The position numbers and the translations under genes were made by a program. A stretch of 63,988 nt of DNA, filler included, from Reclinomonas americana ATCC 50394 (lineage: Eukaryota): assembly GCA_048213135.1 (NCBI GenBank). It is 5 parts of 5 records of this genome, joined end to end, with 100 filler letters (N's around TTAATTAATTAA, not from the genome) between each part and the next. Parts side by side here need not be neighbours in the genome. Positions count along the whole stretch, not along the records: positions 28,822 to 51,295 come from PS015538.1; positions 51,396 to 62,576 come from PS015540.1; 3 more parts are not named here. The stretch is one strand, 5' to 3'. The notes under the pieces were generated by a model, which was given only the letters and a program-made list of their open reading frames with translations, was not told the DNA's origin and searched no databases. Of the stretch, positions 40,379-52,522 are shown one piece after another (the first letter of the stretch is position 1; every line of letters starts with the position of its first letter).

Positions 40379-41005
40379 CTCACCGACATACATAATGCAG
40401 CCCGCTGGCACACAACACGAAATCCGGAGCACACAGATCCTGCAGCGCACACAGAGAGTGAGTATCATCAGTGCTCTCTCTCTCTCTCTCTCNNNNNNNN
40501 NNNNNNNNNNNNNNNNNNNNNNNNNNNNNNNNNNNNNNNNNNNNNNNNNNNNNNNNNNNNNNNNNNNNNNNNNNNNNNNNNNNNNNNNNNNNNNNNNNNN
40601 NNNNNNNNNNNNNNNNNNNNNNNNNNNNNNNNNNNNNNNNNNNNNNNNNNNNNNNNNNNNNNNNNNNNNNNNNNNNNNNNNNNNNNNNNNNNNNNNNNNN
40701 NNNNNNNNNNNNNNNNNNNNNNNNNNNNNNNNNNNNNNNNNNNNNNNNNNNNNNNNNNNNNNNNNNNNNNNNNNNNNNNNNNNNNNNNNNNNNNNNNNNN
40801 NNNNNNNNNNNNNNNNNNNNNNNNNNNNNNNNNNNNNNNNNNNNNNNNNNNNNNNNNNNNNNNNNNNNNNNNNNNNNNNNNNNNNNNNNNNNNNNNNNNN
40901 NNNNNNNNNNNNNNNNNNNNNNNNNNNNNNNNNNNNNNNNNNNNNNNNNNNNNNNNNNNNNNNNNNNNNNNNNNNNNNNNNNNNNNNNNNNNNNNNNNNN
41001 NNNNN

Positions 41006-41038
<33 letters not shown>

Positions 41039-41382
41039 ACACTCACCAAGCACACTGGACACAGATACTCGTCCGCCAACACTCTTGACTCCTCCGCCAC
41101 ATTCTCCATCCACAAACGTGGTGGCTGTGCATCCTTCTCTCCCACTTCTGAAGGGCGGCGACGATGCACAGCGCGCACCACACAAAACTCGTGTTGTTCC
41201 TCATCGCTGAGTCGCATCACTTGCTGCTCGAGAACAATCTGGCTGTCATCCTCTGCAGCAATAGGAGGAGGAGGAAGAGGAGCAGCGGATCCACTGCCTT
41301 CTCCTCCACTGCCTCCCACGTGCGCGTCTTCAAAACCCATTCGCCACTGTTCTTGTCCCGTAGCAGCGTTTTGTCGGGACAT
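38450..41382 (-). CDS. RING + TRAF-type zinc fingers + coiled coil + TLDc-domain protein
   Basis: EYLCPVCL (RING start, rest near a gap). Repeated CPxGC..EH..C fingers, then a coiled coil. TLDc: LLFKGSRDGFDATTFHQKCDK..TLVLVKS..GGYTPVSW..SFLFS..YGPVFGGSDI..FQVADYEVF. Confidence 0.85.
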
Positions 41383-41402
41383 GCGTCTTCCTACAACTAC
41401 TA

Positions 41403-41556
41403 ATCCAAACAGCAACAGCTGCATGATGATCACCATCTCGAGTGAGCACCAGAAACTCAGACATCACGGAGAAAACGAGAAAAAGACGAGATGGCTAATG
41501 CTGGCGTTTCTGCAAGAGAAACCACCGCTCGTGACAAGCATATATATATGCATGGA
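41403..41556. repeat. Longest copy of the dispersed intergenic repeat, immediately upstream of the RING-TRAF-TLDc gene
   Basis: Sub-segments match 35866-35915, 36075-36147 and 36520-36592 (inverted) and 33898-33990 (direct: CAGAAACT.AGACA...GGCGTTTCTGCA.GAGAAA). Confidence 0.65.
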
Positions 41557-41679
41557 TTTGACGCTTGACTGCTTACTTCTCAGTGGTACCCATTGTCATC
41601 CCTCCTCCTCCTCCTTCATCACCCACGCAGGATACACAGGCATTGCTGTTCAGACTACATTGATGTTGAAGATATGGAA

Positions 41680-44600
41680 TTATGGCATCTCATCGCCTGT
41701 GAAAACCCTGTATCAACATCAACACCACCAGTCAGTGCCTCTCCTTTTCTCCTCTCTCCCCTCCTTATCACGCAACTCTGATTCCGAGAACAAGTCCCAG
41801 TTTTCTGGCAAATCCTCCAGTAATGAAGACGGCCGCGTCGCCACATCGCCATTCTCACGATCACGAGCCGGGGACACCATTGATCCCGGCGGCGTCACCA
41901 TACTCGGCGCCCCAAACAGCGACGACGGTGGCGGTTGTCTCTGCGAGTCGACCTGCATTGGACTCGGTTCGCCGTCGACACCTCCTATTTCTCCCCCTCC
42001 CGCTGCTGCTGTTGTCGTTGTTGTCGTTGTTGCACTGGAAGGACCTACGGGCGGCAGCAACATGGACAGGGTGGTCGCACCTCGAGACGATTCGGGAGTG
42101 GCACTTGCTGCTGCTGCTGCTGCCGCCGCCGCTGCTGCCGCTGCCGCTGCTGCTGCTGCCGCAGTCGCTGCCGCCGTCGCCGCTGCGGCTTTCGTTTGTT
42201 GCTGTCGCGACTGACCGCCCTGCCGTCTCCCTGTTGGCGAGGTCGCCGACACGGTTGCCCGCCTCTTGCGCCCAGTGGGAGTGGTGCTGTCGCTTTGCGG
42301 CGACGGCAACTCGGCGGCACCGGTGGGCGTCGTGGCCGTCGCCGAGGCCGGCTGAGTGCGCAGCGTGATTAGCGTCGACGGTGCCTTGTTGGCCAAACGA
42401 CTTCGTGGAGCGCCGGTGGCCGCTGTGGCGGTGGTCGTCGTAGCGCTGGCGGCGGGAGGGGCCGCTGCTCTTGTGGGTAGTGGCCCGATGGTGGGCGCGG
42501 CGACCGAGGTCGGCAGCGCAGAGAGTGGTTTCTGTGGCTGAGGAGGTGGTGGTGGCGGAGGTGGTGGTGGTGGTGGTGGTGGTGGTGGTGGCTGGGGTGG
42601 CGGCTGGAGACCCGGCTGCTGGAATACATTATGCAAATTATAGAAGGAACCCGGTAATGATTGTGGCGGCATCGCCGACGGCGCATTCTGCACATCCCAC
42701 AAACGATGAGCAGCTAACACATCCACCTTTTGAAAACAGCGGACTTACCGCAGCCGTTGACGGCACACCAGGATAAGAAGAAGCGCTTATATACAGATTG
42801 CCGAGACCGCCAGACGCCGCTGACAGCACGGGTGCGGCCACACCGCCACCTATTGGCAATGTGGTAGAGGTGGTGGTGGTGGTGGTGGTGGTGGCGGCCG
42901 AAGGAGGCAGTGGCGGAGGCGCCTGTGCATGCGACTGCACCATGCCCATGTGCGACTGCTGAGAATGAGGCGAAGGCTGTTGCTGCTGCTGCGGCTGCTG
43001 CTGCGCAATCCCATTGGCCGACGACAGGTACGGCATGAGTGCGACCATGGCACCATTGCGCTGCATCATAAACGCCTGCCGATTGACGACCTCATTGAAG
43101 ACGAGGATCTGCTCCTGCACACGAAGCTGCAGGTTGTACACGGTGAAGAAGTCCTGGTTCTGATCCTCCAGCATGCTCCACACTTTATCCAGCAGAGAGA
43201 GAGAGTCAGTCGCAAACGCGTGCAACGAGAGACACAACAACAACAACAANNNNNNNNNNNNNNNNNNNNNNNNNNNNNNNNNNNNNNNNNNNNNNNNNNN
43301 NNNNNNNNNNNNNNNNNNNNNNNNNNNNNNNNNNNNNNNNNNNNNNNNNNNNNNNNNNNNNNNNNNNNNNNNNNNNNNNNNNNNNNNNNNNNNNNNNNNN
43401 NNNNNNNNNNNNNNNNNNNNNNNNNNNNNNNNNNNNNNNNNNNNNNNNNNNNNNNNNNNNNNNNNNNNNNNNNNNNNNNNNNNNNNNNNNNNNNNNNNNN
43501 NNNNNNNNNNNNNNNNNNNNNNNNNNNNNNNNNNNNNNNNNNNNNNNNNNNNNNNNNNNNNNNNNNNNNNNNNNNNNNNNNNNNNNNNNNNNNNNNNNNN
43601 NNNNNNNNNNNNNNNNNNNNNNNNNNNNNNNNNNNNNNNNNNNNNNNNNNNNNNNNNNNNNNNNNNNNNNNNNNNNNNNNNNNNNNNNNNNNNNNNNNNN
43701 NNNNNNNNNNNNNNNNNNNNNNNNNNNNNNNNNNNNNNNNNNNNNNNNNNNNNNNNNNNNNNNNNNNNNNNNNNNNNNNNNNNNNNNNNNNNNNNNNNNN
43801 NNNNNNNNNNNNNNNNNNNNNNNNNNNNNNNNNNNNNNNNNNNNNNNNNNNNNNNNNNNNNNNNNNNNNNNNNNNNNNNNNNNNNNNNNNNNNNNNNNNN
43901 NNNNNNNNNNNNNNNNNNNNNNNNNNNNNNNNNNNNNNNNNNNNNNNNNNNNNNNNNNNNNNNNNNNNNNNNNNNNNNNNNNNNNNNNNNNNNNNNNNNN
44001 NNNNNNNNNNNNNNNNNNNNNNNNNNNNNNNNNNNNNNNNNNNNNNNNNNNNNNNNNNNNNNNNNNNNNNNNNNNNNNNNNNGTCGCGCACCAACGTTCG
44101 TAAACTCGCGAGACACGCGCGCCTGCTGCTCCAACAAGAACAAAATCTCCTCCTTGGTCAAATAGTACGATAGGCACATCTCGACCAGTGTTTGCACCTA
44201 AAATGCACGTCAGCATTAATCAATCAACATTGCACAATGCACACACACACACACACACACAACGCACTTCCTCCACAAGCTCCTTGCTCGGGTTCTCCAA
44301 ACTGGCACGCGATCCATTGCTGTCCACCTGTGTGTGTGCGCGCGCGCGTGTGAGTGCGCGCGCGACATGTCACTGATCTCTCTCTCTCACTCACTCACCA
44401 CAGGCGCTGTGCAGATGACTGGCAACACTCGCCCCAGAGGGCCCACACATCGTCCTGCTTGCGCTCCTCCTCCTCCTCCTCCTCCGCCTTGACTGCCTGC
44501 AGCAGGCGTGTTGTAGTACGCGGCCTGTCGCAGCTCCGCAAACATGCGCAAGTCGTTGTCACTGACAGCGTGTGAGGGGTGCAAGAAGGCCGGCTGTGAG

Positions 44601-44740
44601 GCCGATGGAGGAGGCGGAGGCGGAGGAGGAGGAGGTGCGGAGAGTGCGACGGGCTCTGGAGGTTCCACAATGCCGCCGGATTCATCCGAGAGTGCTTGCG
44701 GTGGAGGTGCTGGTCTTTGCGGGTCTTTCTTGCGTCGCAT
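41680..44740 (-). CDS. A_thal_3526 (PF09713/TIGR01589) domain protein with low-complexity flanks
   Basis: VQTLVEMCLSYYLTKEEILFLLEQQARVSREFTNVVWSMLEDQNQDFFTVYNLQLRVQEQILVFNEVVNRQ. Confidence 0.85.
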
Positions 44741-44913
44741 GTGTTGTGTGTAGGTGCGAGACCCGCTCAGTACATGCACCGACACGCGCGCGGGGGAGGA
44801 AAGACAACGGGAGACGAAGAGAGAGGTTTGCGCGCGCGCGCAATGTATGTAAGATGTGCGATTGATTGGTTCGAGGGTTCCGTTTCACTCGCTCGTACAA
44901 TGCGCTGCGCAGG

Positions 44914-47179
44914 TCAGTGGTGTCCGCGGAGGGCGGATATCACTCGCCTGTGCAATAATGAGTGGTGCGAACAATGAGACAAGGTGGAAATTGATTGCAT
45001 GCATGCCTTAGCTTGCGCTGGTTCTGCGGGTAGTGTTCGGCAAATTGCTCGGCCTTGTCTGCGGCGCACGTGCGTGTGTTTAGTGACGACACGCGTGTGT
45101 ATGGCGGCGCAACAGCGCTACGCAACGAGTCGCTTGCTCCACAAAGCCGAGCGCAAGCATGACGAGGACCAGGCGGCATTGTGCGGCGCAATCCGCAGGG
45201 CATAATTGTAGTGCCTGCATTTCCGAGATACAGGTGATGAGCTGACGGTGAGTCTTAAAGCGCATTACTGGTGTTGCGCGCGCGCGTCGTACCTCGGTGG
45301 CCAGCTCCGCCGCTTGCTCCAGGTAGCCACAGCGGTGACAGCAGAGAGCGCGCTTGGTCAGCAATTTGCACTTGAGCTGCATGATCAGCTGCAATCGGCG
45401 ACTGTAGCTCTTGGACATGTCGTCCATGCCACTCTCCGGATCGGCGTCGTCCTCGTCGTCGTCACCGTCGCTCCCATTTTGCTGCTGCTGCTCCTGCTGC
45501 TCCCCGCCCGCCTCGTCCTCGTCCTCACCGTCGCCGTCGCGTAATCTCTCGCTCTCCGCACCACCACCAACAGCATCGTCGGAGTCGTCCTCATCCGCAC
45601 CGCCGGCCGCCTGTGCGGCGCGCACTTTGCGCCACGTCCCCGGCGGCAGTGTCGACAGCACCTGGTCGAGCACCAGCGTGGCCTCCTCAAAGTGCGCCTG
45701 CGCCGTCTCGTACAAGTGTGTGGCCATGAACTGCGACCCGCGCTGCAGGCCGAGTCGGGCCGTCTCCACCGGATCGGTACGCGCCTGTGTGTCGCGATAA
45801 TTACTAACGCCACTCTCTTCTCCACCACCCTCTCCTCTTCCACACACGCACCTGTGCCACATCGAGGAGCGCCTTGGCGCGTCGCGCAATCGGATGCGTG
45901 TCACTCAGTCCGTCCTTGGCGCGCTTGACGCAGCGTTTCAGCAGGCGCACAGCTTCCGCTTGTCGGTGCGGGTCCTGCACCAGCAGCGTCGCCAGGGTGT
46001 ATCGCAGGTCGCACACGCACGTCTTGTGGAGCGGGCTCCAGCGTCGTATCAGCATGCGACCGACCGTCTTTTTCGTGGGAAACAGACTCAGCGCGCCGCG
46101 CAAGAGGTTCTCCCGCCGCGCCATCATCTCCGCCAGCCCAAACCCGGGCAGCCGGTCGGCCACCGTGTGCAGGCACGAGACCATGTGGAAGAGGCGGAGA
46201 GTGAAGAGACCGACTTGCAGCGCATCCGTCACATCAATCGCCTCGTGCTGCGCGTCGAGGTACAACTGCGCCAGCACGCCGACCTCGTTGATGGCGGCAA
46301 GGGCGCGCACGTGGACCAATCGCATGGCCCACTGTGCCCAGCGCGGACACAGTGCGTGGAACACGTGTGCATTCGACGCCGGCATGGACGACGCCTTGGG
46401 TGGTGTTGCAGCTGCTGACGAAGACGATGATGATGGTGACAAGGCGACGGCGGCAGAAGAGGGTGTCGGGGGCATGCCGTCCTCGGCCGCGGCCGCCGCC
46501 GCTGCGGCCGCTGTTGACGACGACGACGACGGTGAGGCGATGGAGCCGTCGGGCCCCACAATCACAGGCGGCGGCACCAGCGGGATCAGCGGCGCCGCAC
46601 TGGCAGTGACCGCCTCGCGGTACTCACCATAATCGAGTAGCATCTCGCACAACACATACTGCGGAAACGCCGCGCAAATCGGGTCCTCGGCGAGACCCGC
46701 GGCCGCCTGGCGCGCCAGCCGGATGGCCGCCGAGTCAATGTTCCCCATCAGCAACGCACAATGCGCCAGCAGCCACCGCGCCCGATGCTGTCGTCGCACC
46801 GTCATGGTCTCCGCCAAGGCCGTCGGCGACTGCGTCGACACCGACAACAGCCGCTCCGCGTCCTCGCACCGCTGCCGCCCTCCCCGCAACAACAACACCG
46901 CTGCACGACACTCATTCACCACTGCCTCGCGCACAGGCTCCTCCAGCAGCGCCCACGCGGCAACCTCGGGCATGTGCACACGCGCAGTGGCCAACTCCAC
47001 AATCTGTTCCGCTGCCAACGATGCTCCAGATGATGCAGAAGACGACTCGCCTCCAAGCTCCAGTATGCACTGTAGACACTGATCGGCGACAGGAACAACG
47101 CCCGGAACACGACGCGGACTGGCGATATCCTCCGGAGACAACGCGAGTGATGAGGATGTGGGCGGGGAAGATGACAACA

Positions 47180-47212
<33 letters not shown>

Positions 47213-47360
47213 AGGCAGAGAGTGGAGAGGCGGTGGGAGGAGAGGAGCGAGGGGCACTGCTCCTCAGCTCGTGTGGCTCCACATCGCGGAAGCGCACCAT
47301 GGGCATCTTGCGAGTGAACGCGGAGGCCGCTGCGAGGGCCGAGGAGGGTGGAGAGGCCAT
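44914..47360 (-). CDS. TPR-like helical repeat protein
   Basis: Large exons with TPR-like helices (RGSQFMATHLYETAQAHFEEA; LLTKRALCCHRCGYLEQAAELATEALQLCP). The 3' exons are inferred. Confidence 0.55.
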
Positions 47361-47534
47361 TTCACTCTGTGAGAGAGACAGGTGAGGAGACTGGTAGTGT
47401 GCGGAGAAAAGAGAGTGGGAGAGAGACGCACAGGTGTGTGTGTGTGTGTGCGTGCGATAGCAAACACCAGCAGCAGTAATGGGACAGGTTTCATTTGTCT
47501 TTTTCTCCTCGTGGTCTCCACTTCGCACCACACA

Positions 47535-48981
47535 TTACGTGTCGTAGAAGAAGGAGGCGAGGTAGTATCGCACCCAGAAGCCTCCGGCGCAGCAGAGGAC
47601 CTGGAAGCCGAGAATGACCAGGCAGAGGCGACGTTCGGTCATGGGGCCGAGGAGCGAGGGCACGAGGTTGACGAGGTTGAGGTTGGTGGGTATGCCCTCG
47701 AGCTTGCCAGTGTCGGGGTTGAGCTTGGGCAGGCGGTGGCGTGGACAAGGCAGCCAGACGAGTTGCGGGACCGAGTAGAGGAAGTTGATGATTTGCGGGA
47801 TGAAGAAGAGCAGGAGAGTCTTGTTGAACTTGCCGAGGATGCCGACGACGGCAAACGTCACGCCGGCAAAGTAGCAGTAGGTGTCGCCGACAAACACCGA
47901 CGACGGGTACCTGGCATGCATGGTGAGTGCAGAAAAAGGAGAGGAAAGCGAAGGAAATGCACAAACCAGTTGTAGGCCAGCAGCGCAAAGGTGACGGCGA
48001 TAAAGGGGATCATAAGGCTGAGCGAAAACATGTGCGCGTCGTGGTACTCGCCCTCCAGCTCCAGCAGGTTGTGGATCGCCACCGAGATGCCAATGATCAG
48101 CGACTGGCCGGCCTCGAGGCCGTTGATGCCGGCCAGGATGTTGATCGAGTTGGTGGTGAAGATCGACAGCATGCACATGTACAGCTGATAGAAGAAGCCG
48201 AGGTTGAGCGAGTTGCCCATCATCGATCGCAACGGCTTCGGCACCACAATCGTCGTCGAGCCCGTGTACGCCATCAGCAGTGGCAGTGAGGTCAACGCCG
48301 GCAGCACCAGCTTGACTCGCCACGGAAGATCCAACACATCGTCGGCGAATCCCAACAAGATCATGAAACAGATCGACACCAGACCGGCGTTGAACTCCAC
48401 CAAACGTGCCTATGTTGTTGAGGGTGATCGATTACTCAACTGCAAGCTCAGCGACCTGTGCATAACAGAAGATACGCAACTGCATTGTCAAAGGTGAGAT
48501 ACACCTGGAAGAGAATGGAGCACACGAGGAACATGCACGCCGGCACCAGTCCCAGTGACTCTGGGCTGCACACACAGGAGAGGATCAGCACATGTACACA
48601 CACTCTGTCTTCCTTCTCTTTCTCAGTGAGAGCGCAACATGATCGGCTTCTTGCCCTCTGCATCCGGTCGCTTGTTAATGTCGCGCCCAGCCAAGTCCGC
48701 TCTCAAAGTGAACTTGGCCACCACTGGAATGAGGTCGCGAGAGAGCGCCCAGGCCATCACACTCACCACCACATTGATGCCCACGCGGATCTGCACAGAC
48801 ACGTGTCAGGCACGTGAGAGAGACAGAGAGAAACAAGTGCTGCTGCACTCACTTTCTCTGCGTGTGTCAGGCCCTGATCGCCTGTGAATGCTCGTGTGAG
48901 CAGGGCCACTGCAGGCAGCAGCACGCTCACACCGAGTGTGTAGTTGACCAATGAGCGAGTGCGATCGCTCGCTGTCTGCAT
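47535..48981 (-). CDS. DPAGT1: UDP-GlcNAc:dolichyl-phosphate GlcNAc-1-phosphotransferase (ALG7/GPT)
   Basis: [86 protein letters not shown]. Confidence 0.97.
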
Positions 48982-49024
48982 GGTGATTGATTGGGAGGAC
49001 ACAAGGACCGTATCGCTTTTTCAC

Positions 49025-51104
49025 TCATGAAGGCGTGTTCTTCTTGGCAGCACTGCGCTGATCGCTGCGCTTGAGGAAGGGGTCGCGACACATTTCCACC
49101 ACGTCGGGTCGCTCGGCGGCATTGTACGTCAGGCAGCGACGGATGAAAGTCTTGGCCTCGGTGGAGCACTTGGGCAGGGCGGGGAACTCGACGGAGCGGG
49201 CGCGGGAGATGATGTTCTCCGAGAGAATGCGCTGCTGCGAGAGGTCGTGCCCGAATGGTCTCTTGCCGAACAGCATCTGGTACAGAATGACGCCGGCCGA
49301 CCACACGTCGACCTTGGCGGAGATTTGCGGTGTGCCCGACGTCTCGAAGCACTCGGGAGGCAGGTACCTTTTTGTAGGAGAAGAGAGAGGTGAGCAAAAG
49401 AGGGGCAGAGCGATGCTACTTCGCTTGAAACGCGCACCAATAAGTGCCTGCACCCTGCGACGTCAACTCGAGGTGCGACTCGTCCGTGTTGTGCTTCATG
49501 ATTTTGCTGAGGCCAAAGTCGGTGATCTTGACCTCGCCCTGGCTGGAGAAGAGCACGTTGGCCGGCTTGAGATCGTAGTGGATGATCTTGAAGTCGCCGT
49601 GCGTGTTGAGGTACTTGAGGGCGCCAAAGACCTGACCGATGATGGAGCGCGCCTCCTCCTCCTTCAGGATGCGATGCATCTTCAGGTAGTGGTCGAGATC
49701 CTCGCCCTCGCAGTACTCGAGCACCGTGCAGAACGTGTCGTTGTCGACGGTGAAGGCGTCGAAGAGGCGCACGATGCGCGGATGATCGACCTTCATCTGG
49801 ATCTGGCACTCGCGATGCACGTGACGCAAGTAGTTCTGACGGCGCTCCTCCGGCCACGACGAGTTGAGCTGGTGGATCTTCAGGGCCACTAATCTGCACT
49901 CCTCCAGGTCGTAGGCCTTGAACACCTATGATGAAAAGGCAAAGTGAGGGAGGGGTGAGGGGGTGATATTGTCGGATGGGTACGGACCTCGGAGAAGCCG
50001 CCCTTGCCGAGCATCTCCATGAGGAGGTAGCGCCCGTTGCCGAGGTGCGCAAAGTTGCCGAACTTGGAGGTGGCCTCGGCACGAATGCGTCGTATTTCGC
50101 GAATGAACAGCTCCTTCTCGATCTGCACGCGGCGTGTGTGTGTGTGAGTGGTGGTGAGGCAGCGAGGCACGAGCTGCGCTGTCGAGCTCACCAGCAGCTG
50201 CTCCTTCGCGATATTCAAGTCGGCTTCGTCCTTGCGCAGCGTCTTGAGCCGCAGTTTGAGGATGTCGTGCTCCTCTTCGGCCAGCGCGCCTGTGAAACAT
50301 CATGCGTCAATGCCATGGATGGACAGGTATGAGAGAAGTAAGCAGACCTTCATCCTCGGATGGACTCGCTGCTCCACTCCTCGCCGCCCCCGATGTCGAT
50401 CGTTTCTTGGTGGTTACCGCCTGCGTGCACGAATTAGTGACAGAACACTGTGAGAAGAACGACGACACGCACCTTCTTCCGCTCTTCCACACCGACACGC
50501 TCCTCATTAATCGCGCTCAACTTGGCCTCCACGCGCTCCAGCTCCCGCCCATCCACCCACTTTTCGTAGATTGACAAGCCGTTGCGCTCGGTGACGATGA
50601 ATCCCAGTCGGCCTGCGCGTGCCTCAGTCGGGGGAGTGTGAACGGCGAGGGGGAAGGCAGTAGAAACGAACCCATGTTTTCGCGCATCTTCTCCCGTGCT
50701 GACTCCCGCGCCAAGCGTGCGTCCTTGGTGATGTATTCCAGGAGCTGGCCGCGGTAGCGCGTGCTGCTGGAGCGGTGGAGTTGCTGCGAAGGGAAAGGGG
50801 AAGCAACGGAGGAAAGGGGGAAGGGATGGGGAAGAGAAGAGGGGAGAGAAGGGCAGCGACGGAGAAGACGGGAGGTTGGACAGCGTGCGCAGATAAGGCA
50901 GCGGAGGACCGAGGAAGACGAGAACGGCGGCGAGGAAGAGCGAGGATCAGAGAAGCACACAAACAGAGAGCAAGGGAGAGACTGAGTCAGCTTCCGGTTC
51001 ACACATCTCGTCAACAAGAAACAGCGCACCTCGCGGTACTCGGCGTAATCTTGCATGACCTCAGCGGCTGCGCACAGTGCCTCGGCGAGTCCATCAGAGT
51101 CGGC
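49025..51104 (-). CDS. TLK: Tousled-like kinase, 5'-truncated
   Basis: [92 protein letters not shown]. Confidence 0.97.
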
Positions 51105-51295
51105 CTGTGGACAGGAGAGGGAGAGAGTGAGGAAGGAGAGGAAGGAATGGAGGGAGAGAGAGAGAGAGAGAGGAGGGAGGGGAGGGAGGAGAGAGAGAGA
51201 GAGGAGGGAGGAAGGGAGGAGGAGGAGGAGGAGAAGAAGAACGAAGAACAACAACAAACAAACAACAAACAAGAAAGAAGAAGAAGAAGAAGAAG

Positions 51296-51395
51296 NNNNN
51301 NNNNNNNNNNNNNNNNNNNNNNNNNNNNNNNNNNNNNNNTTAATTAATTAANNNNNNNNNNNNNNNNNNNNNNNNNNNNNNNNNNNNNNNNNNNN
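51296..51395. other. Artificial scaffold-concatenation linker
   Basis: N44-TTAATTAATTAA-N44. Confidence 0.95.
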
Positions 51396-51442
51396 AACGA
51401 TAATGGTGATCGTCGTCGTCTCACCCGTGACGCGTCATGGCA

Positions 51443-52522
51443 GAGTATTTTGACGACCGACATTCTCATTCTGGTGGTGGTGACGCTGGCGCTGGCCGTG
51501 CAACTCGTCTTTGGCATCCTCGCCATGCGCACCTTTGGCTATTTTGCGCTCGACAAAGTGCGTTGTGTTGTTGTGCACTTGACCCTGCTGTGTTCGTGTT
51601 ACTGACTCTTGTCTGCTTGCTTGTGTGCAGGTGGGGTGCGTGGTTCTTCCCGTCTTCATCGCCGAAGTCATTTCTTATACTCACCTCGCTCTATGTTGTG
51701 TGCATGCAGCGCAAGCAATGAACTGCGTAGTGAGTCCATTCACCATGCACCCCTCGTCTTGCCATGTCACGAACTCAGTGCGCGCACCCTCACAGGCATG
51801 TTCATGCGACTGGAGCAGTTCAAGTGCCTCTGCAAACTCGACATGCTCTTTGCCGTGATCTTGGTCGTGCTCGCCGGCCTGCTAGTGACCGACTACGTGC
51901 TCTCCGGCATCTTTAGCGCTGTGGTGCTGGCGTCGAGCATCGGTCTCTGCTTTGTGGGACTGTGGGCGGCGAGTAGACCACGCATGGATTTGCCTTTCAA
52001 TATATTTCTCACGGCACTGTGTACAGGCGCGTCGCGAAAAGGAGCGCGGCATGGTGGCGGTGTTCGCCTTGGCCGCCATTCTGCCCATCTTTGTGATCTA
52101 CAAGACCATTGAGATCTACTTGAACTCGAACTTTGCCGAGGTGCCGCGTGTGCCACTGTTCATGATGAGTTGCGTGGCCTTTATATCTCCTTCTCGCTTC
52201 TCCCTTCCTGCTTATCCTCTCCGTCTTGCATGAACGCAGTCATGGTGGCACTGGCATGTCGCGTGCTAACCATTATTTCGGCCGTGGTGGTGCGACGAAA
52301 CTTTAACAAGGGCCTGCGGAATGTGCTCGGTTGCGTTCATGAATGCACAGTCTCTTTCTCGTTCCCTTTCCACCTTTGTTGACACGTGCTGTGGCTGCAG
52401 ACATGCGCGAGCGGGAGGAACGGGAGCGACTGGACGCCGAGACGGAAATGTCGGATGTGGCGGCGCCGGCGCCAGTGTTGCAGCCGCCACGCAAGGTGGG
52501 CGGTCGCGTAATCTCTGTATAA
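51443..52522 (+). CDS. Multi-pass membrane protein, UPF0658 Golgi membrane protein-like, 5'-truncated
   Basis: RTFGYFALDKVGASNELRSMFMRLEQFKCLCKLDMLF..RRNFNKGLRNVL resembles the family pattern FGW..YKKIGAD..LR.M...YQ.F..LLK.D.FF...NF.KGL. Confidence 0.6.

Noticed and set aside
41420..41500. Box C/D snoRNA (ATGATGA in the dispersed repeat)
   Set aside because: No consistently placed D box (CTGA) or terminal stem across the copies.
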